DNA of 64,000 nucleotides from Kiritimatiellota bacterium (GTDB lineage: Bacteria > Verrucomicrobiota > Lentisphaeria > Oligosphaerales > JAADHN01). Location: the NCBI GenBank assembly GCA_013151865.1, contig JAADHN010000077.1:392-64391 (forward strand). Direction: 5' to 3'. A program made the position numbers and the translations under genes. This document shows positions 55,558 to 64,000 of the stretch, piece after piece. The notes below the pieces were generated by a model. The model was given only the letters and a program-made list of their open reading frames with translations. It searched no databases and was not told where the DNA came from. Every line of letters begins with the position of its first letter. Position 1 is the first letter of the stretch.

Positions 55558-56417
55558 TGGCAGCACCGAAGTTCGAGGTCGTCGGGCAAGGGAGGGGCTC
55601 CGAGGACCTGCCGCCGGTAACGGACAAGGAATCGCCGGGCGGGGGTCCGGTTGGCGCAATCCCAGCCGGTATAAGCGAAATAATCGTGGACGCGTCTGAG
55701 CCGGCCGACGAACCCCCGGGCCGCCAAGCGCCCGGTCTCGACGCGCACCGCCCGGTGGGGGCCGACCATGCAGGTGGTCCGTTCGAGGATGCGTTCTTTG
55801 GCGTGCATCAGTCGGCCGATCATGTTCTCGATGGTCTGTTCGGTCGTTTTCGGGTTGATGCTGTAAAGCTGAAGGCGTTCCTGGCTTCGATGAAACTCAA
55901 GCTCGCTGCTCCCCGGATAAATGCGGGCGTCCGCCGGCTCCCACGAATCCGGAAGCACAAAACTCAGATGATAGGCGCGCCAGACATTTTCCTCCCGCGC
56001 CCCCACGGATCGCAGAACCTCGCGGGCCGCAGCGGCCCACGGACCGGTGAGATCGAACTCTGCCTCAAGCAGGTAATGGTCGTCGTCTGCGGTCAGATAC
56101 CGGGCCGCAATAAGGGCGTGGCGCGTGCCGGTGACCCGGAAGCCGAGCCAACCGGGTGCGACCACTTCAATGTCGCCCGGTACGAGTTTTTCCCGGGGCC
56201 GATCCAACTCACGTCGCACGGCCTGCAACCGCTGCCGGACGTCGACCTCGGCGCCCGCACGGGGCAGTTCCCCGATCCGCTGCCAAGTGAAGTGGAGCCG
56301 CTCCGCGCGGTCATCGGCGAACATGACGCGACCGGAAGCGCGGGTCAGGCTGTATCGGGCCATCTCCCAGGCTTCGGGCACACGGATTCGAAAAAACAAC
56401 CAGGATATGGATTTCAT
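55554..56417 (-). CDS. 287-aa hypothetical protein with internal two-fold duplication (possibly a PsbP/Mog1/DUF1795-like fold)
   Basis: ATG at 56417 gives MKSISWLFFRIRVPEAWE. The halves align as WLFFRIRVPEAWE..RVMFADDRAERLHFTWQRI and WRAYHLSFVLPDSWE..ELEFHRSQERLQLYSI. No signal peptide or TM is seen. Confidence 0.55.
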   Translation of the reverse strand: MKSISWLFFRIRVPEAWEMARYSLTRASGRVMFADDRAERLHFTWQRIGELPRAGAEVDVRQRLQAVRRELDRPREKLVPGDIEVVAPGWLGFRVTGTRHALIAARYLTADDDHYLLEAEFDLTGPWAAAAREVLRSVGAREENVWRAYHLSFVLPDSWEPADARIYPGSSELEFHRSQERLQLYSINPKTTEQTIENMIGRLMHAKERILERTTCMVGPHRAVRVETGRLAARGFVGRLRRVHDYFAYTGWDCANRTPARRFLVRYRRQVLGAPPLPDDLELRCCQ

Positions 56418-56454
56418 CAGGTGGTTGCCGGGACACATCGGTCGGCGTCCCGAC

Positions 56455-57225
56455 TCAAACGATCTCTTCGCCCCCGACCTTGCCGACGCGGATCTCGATA
56501 TTCTCGCGCCGTTCGAGTCGCTCGATGGCGCCGTCCTCGATCCACATGATCCGGTCCGAGGCGGAAAGCATCTTGTGGTCGTGAGTCGCGGTAATGACCG
56601 TCACACCCCGGTCGGTGCTCAGGTGCTTGAGGATATCGATGATCTCCTGCCCTGTCTTGAGATCGAGATTCCCGGTGGGTTCGTCCGCCAGGAGAATGCT
56701 CGGTTCGTTGGCCAGGGCCCGGGCAATGGCAACGCGCTGCTGCTGCCCTCCGGAAAGCTCGTCCGGCCGATGCGTGAGCCGGTGGCCCAGACCCACCTCG
56801 GAGAGGACTTCGTCGGCGCGCTTGGCCGCATCGATCTTCGATATCCCTCGAAACGTGAGCGGCAAGGCGACGTTTTCGCGTGCCGTCAACGACGGGATCA
56901 GGTTGTAGGCCTGGAAGATGTAGCCGATATAGTTGCAGCGGATGTAGGCGAGCTTGCGCGAGGGCACCTTGCTGAGGTCCACGCCGCCGATAATCACCGT
57001 ACCGCTGGTCGGGCGGTCCAGGGCGCCGATCATGTTGAATAAAGTGGACTTGCCCGAGCCGGAAGGCCCCATGATGGACAGGTATTCACCTTCGTAGATT
57101 TCGAAGGTGAGCCCCTTCAGCGCCTGGACCTCGGTCTTGCCCAAGTGGTAGATCTTCCGCACCTCCTGAACTTGAATCAGGACGTCGCCGTGCGGGGACG
57201 ATGTGCTTTTGCGTTCTGCCTCCAC
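56455..57225 (-). CDS. ABC transporter ATP-binding protein, MacB/LolD/FtsE type
   Basis: It has GPSGSGKSTLFN, LSGGQQQRVAIARAL and ILLADEPTGNLD, with GTG at 57225. It pairs naturally with the FtsX-type permease upstream. Confidence 0.9.
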   Translation of the reverse strand: MEAERKSTSSPHGDVLIQVQEVRKIYHLGKTEVQALKGLTFEIYEGEYLSIMGPSGSGKSTLFNMIGALDRPTSGTVIIGGVDLSKVPSRKLAYIRCNYIGYIFQAYNLIPSLTARENVALPLTFRGISKIDAAKRADEVLSEVGLGHRLTHRPDELSGGQQQRVAIARALANEPSILLADEPTGNLDLKTGQEIIDILKHLSTDRGVTVITATHDHKMLSASDRIMWIEDGAIERLERRENIEIRVGKVGGEEIV

Positions 57226-57286
57226 GGACTCGATGCTCCTTGAACAGGACCGATGCCGGTCCCGGCGATGAAAAACGATGCCCGAC

Positions 57287-59284
57287 TCAGAACGGCAGGA
57301 CGAATACCGCCTTCTGCAAAAACGTGATGCCGATGCACAGCATGGCGATCAGGCCGCCGCCGCAGGCAAACCCCGCGGACAGCACCACGATGTATTTCTT
57401 CCAATTCTTGCCGATGCGCTTTTGGAAATAGTACCGCCCGAGCAGGGCGCCGGTGAACTGGGGAATGGCCTGATGCGGCATGGTCTGATTCAAACCGGCC
57501 ACGATCCCGTAGATGAACGTGATGGGGAAACCGAAGAACATGAAAATGGCGTACATAAGCACGCCGAGTCCCAGCCCGACGAAGATATACTGGAAGCGCA
57601 GGGCCTCCTGGAAAAGCGAGTATCCCCCGGTGGTGGCGGAATAAATGACCGACTGATTCAGAGCGGTGAACGGCCACATTTTCTGCACATAAGGGTAGAT
57701 CGACGACGGAATTTCACTGAGACTCCAGATGTAATTGGCGAAGAAGATCGATGACAGGATGATGATGGGAAACAGGAAGAACTCCGCTTTCCAAATGGAC
57801 CGGAACCGCGTCCCGGTAAGTTCCGCCTGACGATAGAAGATGGCGTTGGCGTTGTACATGTGGAACGGGATGGGCAAGAACCATATTTCCACGCCTTTGA
57901 ACCCGCTGAAGATGAAGGAGATCTCCCGCACGTACGGGATGGTCACCCGCATTCCGGACACGGCTTCGAGACGGATCGAGATGTAACTGATCACGGGCGT
58001 GAAGAACAATCCGTAGAAAATCAGGACCAACATGACGCCTCGATGCCAGTGGATGAGAAACCCGCTGACAGTGATGTAAGCAATGGTGGTGAGCAGGTAG
58101 ACGAGAACCACGTACCGGGCCCGGATGTCTCCGCGGCGTTTGATGCGCTCCGCTTCCTCCAAGAGCAGGCCGCGGTCGGCTTTCTTGCCGATGCGGCCTT
58201 CGGCGCGCATCTCGCGAATGGTCAATACCGCTGTCACAATGCCGGCGATGGCCAGGGCGAACGCGACTCCCATGCTGAAAGAAAAGTAGAAATCGATGTT
58301 GTTCTTGAACAACGTGACGATGGTATCGTCGCCTTGGCGCCAAGAACTCAGGACCCCGTACCGATAGAGGAGCGGGTTGGCGACCAAGGTGATGATCAGG
58401 CCGACGAACCCACCGACCATGGCCCAAAAGGGCAACACCATCCCGAAAATAACAATCCCGAGGTCGACTGCCAATCCGGACGCGAAAGCGGGCAGGATGC
58501 TCCCGGTTTTTTGGGTCCAATCCACAAATGGTATGGGAAAGATCATGATGGCCTCGCCGAAAAGCGCCCCCGTCAGCGCCGGCCAGCCCAGTCGCACTGC
58601 ACCGAATGCCAACCCCATGGCCCCGCCGAGACAGAAGTAGCGCCAACGCCAGGTCTCCTCCCCTTCTTTGCCGCTTTCCGCGGCGTCCTCCGCCAGGGCC
58701 ATCATGCCGGAAGCGCCGACCGGCGCCATCGGAAAGGGCAGGCGTTCGACGTCCGAGGTCAACCGAAACCAACCGTATCCCACCACAAGGTTGTTGATCC
58801 GGTTCACAAACTGCTGAAAGATAATGAGGGCAATGGCAGGAAGCCAAGCCGTCATAAAAAACGAACGCTGGCCAAGGACCGCGGGATCCTGGGGGGCATA
58901 CCAAGTGGGAATGGTCTGCGTAAGGCCGTAGGCGGCGGCGGCGTCGCTCTGCACAAAGAACTGGCGCCACAACAGCCCGGAAAAGGGGGTTGCCATCACC
59001 CCCGACGCCAAATAAAAGAGAACGAAAAGCTCCGGCTTTTTGAGAACTTTGTTGGCACGTTTGGCGACCTCGATGAATAGAATCACGGTCACCCAGTTCG
59101 CGGCGCCGCCGATGCCGCGTCCGGCCAGCAGGGTCATATACATACTGCCCGGGACCATAACCAGTCCCAGAAACACGGCCCCCATGAAAGCGACCCAGTT
59201 GAAACCGTCCTCGAATTCGACCGGGACCTCCATCAGGTTCCGATACTCTTCAAGGTCCTTAAGCTGTTCCCGAATCCTTGCCAT
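57287..59284 (-). CDS. 665-aa polytopic membrane protein, OPT (oligopeptide transporter)-superfamily-like
   Basis: ATG at 59284. There are many TM segments. ERLPFPMAPVGASGMMAL resembles the OPT L-P-F-P-x-G motif. The C-terminal layout parallels the 14962..17265 protein. Confidence 0.6.
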   Translation of the reverse strand: MARIREQLKDLEEYRNLMEVPVEFEDGFNWVAFMGAVFLGLVMVPGSMYMTLLAGRGIGGAANWVTVILFIEVAKRANKVLKKPELFVLFYLASGVMATPFSGLLWRQFFVQSDAAAAYGLTQTIPTWYAPQDPAVLGQRSFFMTAWLPAIALIIFQQFVNRINNLVVGYGWFRLTSDVERLPFPMAPVGASGMMALAEDAAESGKEGEETWRWRYFCLGGAMGLAFGAVRLGWPALTGALFGEAIMIFPIPFVDWTQKTGSILPAFASGLAVDLGIVIFGMVLPFWAMVGGFVGLIITLVANPLLYRYGVLSSWRQGDDTIVTLFKNNIDFYFSFSMGVAFALAIAGIVTAVLTIREMRAEGRIGKKADRGLLLEEAERIKRRGDIRARYVVLVYLLTTIAYITVSGFLIHWHRGVMLVLIFYGLFFTPVISYISIRLEAVSGMRVTIPYVREISFIFSGFKGVEIWFLPIPFHMYNANAIFYRQAELTGTRFRSIWKAEFFLFPIIILSSIFFANYIWSLSEIPSSIYPYVQKMWPFTALNQSVIYSATTGGYSLFQEALRFQYIFVGLGLGVLMYAIFMFFGFPITFIYGIVAGLNQTMPHQAIPQFTGALLGRYYFQKRIGKNWKKYIVVLSAGFACGGGLIAMLCIGITFLQKAVFVLPF

Positions 59285-59367
59285 ATCTTCGGGCTCTTCC
59301 TTGCTCCAGGTCTCGTCTCCGGACCGCCCTCCTCTCGGGCGGCCAAAACACGTGGCCGTTTTGCGCG

Positions 59368-62300
59368 TCAGGCTTCGGCGGCCTCACCGGCCAGTTCCGC
59401 TACCGTCCGCCCCCTGTACATGGCCACGTGCTCCTGACTCACCGTACGCCAAATCAGGAACTGACGGCGCAAATCGTCCAAGAACACTTTATTCGACCGG
59501 CGCCAACTTCCGGGCGATCCCGACTTGCGTTCGAGCCGGATCTTGACCTCGGCGATCCCTTCGATGCCGCTGGGCGCCGAAGTCAACAGGAACTTCTGCG
59601 AAATCCCCAAGTCGAACGGAGCCAACCAGATGTTCGCTTCGAGCGCGGGTGTGCCCCGCTCGGGGTCTTTCAAAATGGTCACATCCTGGGCCGAGAACGT
59701 CCCGAGCGTGGAGTCACCGAAATTGACGAAATGTTCCTTTAGAAAAGCAACGATGCCGGTGAGGTCGTATTCCGATACTGTGAACGGGAAAGTCACGTCC
59801 AGAAGGTCGCCCTGCGGCGCCGGCATCCGCCAAGTCCTCTGAATGCCGGGATTGGCGCTCTTGGACGCCTTGAGAGCGGGATAGATGGTGGAAATCATCG
59901 TCACGGCCATAACGATGAGAATCGTGAGAATGGCGGTGAACGAAGAGGGATTCAGTTCCGGGACGCGCACCCAGCCGTAAGTGGCCAGGAATGTCAGGAC
60001 CTTCACCACGACCTGGCTGAAGAGATACCCGCCCAGCCCCCCGAGCACGGCGTACACCGCCGCCTCGGCAAAGAAGAGACTGGCCACATGCGGCGGCGCC
60101 AGCCCCAGCGCGCTGAACGCGTAGATCTCTTTTTCCCGGTCCACGACCGACGCGAGCATGGTCGTGAAAATAATCAGTCCGCCGAGGAGCAGCGGCGCGA
60201 TAATATCCCCAAGCCCCGTGAACGAGAGTTCGTCGGTGAAATAGACCGCGTAAACACCGTCCTTGAGTCCGGCGTATACGTAGTCGCCGAACACGGTGGC
60301 GGCATCCCCGGCCAACGCCTCGAGGTCCACATCGGGTGAAACGGGATACGCCACCACGGAGCGGAGATTCCCGCCCAGCAGCTCAACCGTTCGGTTCGAA
60401 GTCACGGCGACCATCTCGGGAGGGACACTGGTGAACTGGGTCGAATCCATGGACTCGATCACGCTCGAAATGTCATCCTGCGAGGTCATGATATTCTTGA
60501 TGGACGAATAGTCCACCGGCATGAACGGGCTGCCGTCCAGGTGGAGCATGGCGGCCATCTTGTCGATACGGATCACGCCGGCAAAAACCAGGCGTTGCCC
60601 GCGCAGAAACACCGGATCGCCCGGCTTGAGCCTGAGCCGATCCCGGACGCTGGGGGCCAGAAAGACCCCGCCCCGATCCAACAGCCGGACGTCGCCGTCC
60701 AGGCAATCCTTCAAGCCGAGTTTGAACCCGAACTCGCCCGGGTCGATCCCCATGACGGCGTCCAGCGAAGTGAAGTCCGTCATATCACGGTCGGAGACGA
60801 TCACCTTGAGCGGTTCCCGGTTCTGCACCACGTCGGCCAGTGAACTGGACAGCCACCAGCGACCGAAAACGCGGGTGTCGTCGCCGCCCAAGGATTTCAG
60901 CAAATCCAGGTTCCGAGGATGAAGTACCGACCAGTCCTTGGTATGCAGTAGAACACTCCGGTCCGAACAGAGTTGGCCCTTGTATGTCTCGACCACTCCG
61001 AGTTCCTTGTTGAAAGACGAGAAGCAAAGGATGGTAAATGTCAGCAAAATGATGGTGACGCTCGTCAGGGCGGTTCGCAACGGCCGGCGGCGCATGGTGG
61101 AAATGCCCAGGGCCACGGCGGCCACGGTGGTGTTGAACCGCGAGACATCCGCTTGGTGCAACGACGTCTCCAGCCCCTGAATACGCATGATCTCAGCCTT
61201 GAAACGCTGCATGATAATCCAGACGACATAGCTGCTGGCAATGATGATGACAAACGCCAGAAAGATGATGATCGGCGTCCCCGCGATGTCGAAGGCCGGG
61301 TGCACGGCGTACAGCACACCGAACGTGACAACGAAAAAGGCGGCGAACCCGGCGATCTGCCGGTAAATGATCGTGGCCCCGATCAACAGTCGCTCGAGCA
61401 CGAACGCAAACGGCACGATCAGCAGAAGCAGGATCACCGCTGCTTTCACAATGTCGTCGATCGACCCTTTCAGCGGGGAGTAGACGCGCCACTCGCAAAT
61501 CATGGCGGCAAGTTTCTTTCCCTGTTTGAGAAGGTCCAGCGTCTTGCCATGGAGCACTTCCAGGGATTCGTTGACGATGTTCTTCCGCCGTAACACCTTG
61601 AGTCGGTGTTCATCCAGTTTGTACAGGTCCTTGGCGCTCTGCTCCTCGATGTCGATCGGACGCCACTTGCCGTCGCGGACCGGAAACCCGCTGCCGTATT
61701 TTTCTTTGGCCAGACCTTCGTCCGAAAGATTCAGCAGCAGAAAAGAGTTGATGTGATACATCTGGGTGTCTTCCTTGCCCCAAACGTAGAACGTGGCCAC
61801 TTCCCGTGTGAGCGAGACGTGGTATCGGCGGAAAGAGAGATTGCCCACTGCTTTCATGAGTCGGACATGGTTCGGCGCGAAGAACGATTTGAAGTTCTGA
61901 TTGTGGAAGTTGAAGATGTTGAAGATGTAACCGCCGTTCCCCTCGAATACCACATCCGTAAACGAGAATGGACCGCTGTTGTCGTTCATGCCGGCAATGC
62001 TTCCACCCGGTCCGGGGCGAATGATGGTCTTGCGCAAGTGCCAGCGTCGAACCGGCCCGTAAACCATGTGACCGTTCTGGTCGCTCCGCTTCATGATAGC
62101 GTTGTTCATCTGCGGATAATAGACATGAGGGACCAAAAAGCTGAGCGAGTAAGTGTCCAGAGCGGCCACGGCGCCACGGCACGGGTAGTCGGCCAAAGCG
62201 GTCCCGAACTGCTGAAGACGCACGAGGGGGCCGGAATAGTCCCCGGAAATCGTGGTATCGAGATCCATGATCCGCTTGTTGTCGGGCGTGGGCTGCTGAG

Positions 62301-64000
62301 CGGAGAAGTTCTCTTCCGGAACAAGGTGGATCAGCAGGTTCCGGACGTCCTCGAGTTGGGCCTCGAAATCCGGCATGTTCTTCGACTCGAAACGCTCGAA
62401 CGGCGTGGTGTACAGCGGGTCCACCACGTTCAGGGTCGACAACGAAAACGCAAACGCCCCCACCGACACGCTGATATCCCGATCCAAGCTTGGCGGGAAC
62501 GTGTAAAACTCGCGCGGATTGATCGCCCCCGCGATGGTGCTGGCCTGAAACCCCCGCAAGGGCCTCCCGGCCGCGGCAGTCTTGTCCACGGCGGTCTGAA
62601 TGCCCTTCAGAATGGTCTTGTACGGACCAAGCATGCCGAAGATCGTGAACCCCCAGCGCTGTCCCTGCTCGGACAAATCCAGCGACAGGTGCCCGATGAC
62701 GGTGGTCTCCTCGTCGCCGTTCATCAGATACGCGCCGATCTTCTCGCCCGCTTCGAGCTTGGCAAGCTTGAACTTCAACTCCTCGAGCCGCGTCCGCATC
62801 ACGTCGAGCGTCCTGGCGCGCACATACCGGTAATAAGGACGCATTTTATCCCGCAACTTGCGGTTCTTGATGTCCCGATTCAGCTCGTTCCATTCGCGGA
62901 CCACGGTATTGAGGCGCTCCCGTTCCGCCTTGGCCGCCGGGATGCGGTCCGCCGGGATTGCGTGTCGCCGGATATCACGGGTCAGGAAGATGGATTTCTC
63001 CCGGATGCCGGCCACGCGGTATTGAAGTTCGCCCTTGAACAGCTTGAAAAGCTTGATCCGAGAGCTGCGGTCTAAGTCCCCCGCCAGCAAGTCCGGACTC
63101 TTTTCCACAAAGTCAATCGTCGTCTCGAGCTGCTTCTCTTCGTCGCGGAATGCGCTGATCTTGGCATCCAAGGCGCTGTCAAAACCGCTCTTCCGCTCGC
63201 GTTTCTTGATGACCGAGTAGTAGAATTGGCGTGCACCGGCATGGTTCGTGGCCCCATCGCCGAAGAAACAAATTAAAACCTTTCGTTTGGACCGCACTTT
63301 CTTGAGCGTGGCGGCCAGATCCAGCAGCGCTGCCGTGTTGAGTGCCTTGCGATAGTCCCGGGCCAGTGCGGGCACGTCTCCGAAACTATCGAACTCGCAT
63401 CCGATGACAATCGCGCTGTCTTCGCCGGCGTTGTCCTCGCTGGGATCGAGCATCGCGATAATGTTGGCGGTGGTGGGCCGGTGCCAAAACTTGCGCCCGG
63501 AATCATCCCGGGCCGGGTCCAAATCCCACGAAGCCCGAGCGAAAAGCGTTCCGGTCCGCGGTCGGCCATCGAGCAGTCCGGCCTTTTCGGCGGCAGCGGC
63601 CGGGAGGTAAAATCGGGGTAAGTTGGCAGGGGCGTCGTAGAACTTCGGGGTGTATCCCTCCAGTTTATCCCATTTTCCCACGAAGACGACGGCCCGGGCG
63701 CCGCGCTCGAAAGCGTGCCGCCAATTCCCGCACAGTCGTAATCAAGCAGTGCAATGCGTCCGTTGAGGTCCGCAGGCAAGTCGGCAATCTCCCCCTTGCG
63801 CAGGTAAACCAGTTCGCCGCCGAGCCCCTCTTCCGGCGTAATCGCCGGCTGGACCAGGTTTGCGCGAACCGGGAAGATCGGCAGACGCTTGCCCTCGACT
63901 TCAAGCCGGCACTTTGCGAGATCGTACAGCGGACGGACCACTTCGAACGGTTGAACGACAATCTTGTCGATGCCCGCTTCCCGCAGGGAATCGATGATGT
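59368..64000 (-). CDS. giant (>1500 aa) FtsX-family (MacB-like, two FtsX modules) permease with N-terminal PA + degenerate M28-peptidase-like ectodomain; apparent frameshift near 63727-63733; 5' end outside window
   Basis: FtsX elements are RRRPLRTALTSVTIILLTFTILCF and EKEIYAFSALGLAPPHVASLFFAEAAVYAVLGGLGGYLF. The M28-like segment is AIVIGCEFDSFGD..KVLICFFGDGATNHAG. The PA-like segment GRIALLDYDCAG / NWRHAFERGARAVVFVG is split between two frames. The upstream frame stays open to the window edge. Confidence 0.6.

Noticed and set aside
294-63075. Long antisense or alternate-frame ORFs: 294..1580(-), 2619..4061(+), 5555..6910(+), 10534..12063(+), 12637..14181(+ part), 18193..20508(+), 24207..25520(+), 30105..31961(+), 34428..36083(+), 36185..37441(-), 40671..43064(+), 49256..50428(+), 50123..51967(-), 53301..54371(+), 57714..58970(-), 61606..63075(+)
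   Set aside because: All are Arg/Pro/Gly/Ala-rich low-complexity translations with no motifs. Each lies opposite or out of frame to a gene with clear family motifs. This is the expected artefact of stop-codon scarcity in GC-rich DNA.
1-64000. A phage-defence island, prophage or mobile element
   Set aside because: I recognised no restriction or modification enzymes, Cas proteins, reverse transcriptases, toxin-antitoxin pairs, nucleases, integrases, transposases or phage structural genes. There are no flanking direct repeats or tRNA attachment sites.

Overview
64-kb GC-rich bacterial chromosomal window, densely coding (about 35 genes, mostly minus strand). I could not support any rRNA, tRNA, CRISPR array, transposase, integrase or recognisable defence gene. 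The content falls into five blocks. (i) 1-330: a cluster of REP-like hairpin repeats. (ii) 1.6-13.9 kb, 26.5-42.8 kb and 52.3-55.0 kb: mostly secreted glycan-degrading enzymes. These are a GH29 fucosidase, a DUF4091/GH123-like hydrolase, two heparinase II/III-like lyases with CBM tails, a Cys-type sulfatase, clan GH-A and GH2-like hydrolases, a DUF4838-like protein and a 1666-aa PQQ-propeller/CBM9/malectin protein. There are no SusC/D-type or regulator genes, and one decayed gene remnant lies at 14.2-14.8 kb. This profile fits a PVC-type or similar polysaccharide degrader, but the taxon cannot be determined from here. (iii) 15.0-26.1 kb, a minus-strand run: three SPFH (HflK/HflC-like) genes tightly coupled to a Zn/Cd-type P1B ATPase behind a perfect AT-rich 11-1-11 palindrome, then an orphan ABC-2-type ATPase, a TPR protein and an OPT-like polytopic membrane protein. 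(iv) 42.9-52.3 kb: a livKHMGF-type ABC importer ending in a PaaK-like ligase, proC, and a tandem amidohydrolase fusion whose first copy has lost its metal ligands. (v) 55.1-64.0 kb, the most unusual locus: a giant FtsX-type permease with a PA/M28-like ectodomain (5' end outside the window, apparent 1-nt frameshift), a second OPT-like membrane protein, a MacB/LolD-type ATPase, an internally duplicated unknown protein and a PqqD/RRE-like protein. I rank this as a candidate uncharacterised peptide-handling envelope system. All family names come from motif recognition by eye and need HMM confirmation. Many long ORFs in the six-frame track are antisense or alternate-frame artefacts of high GC.
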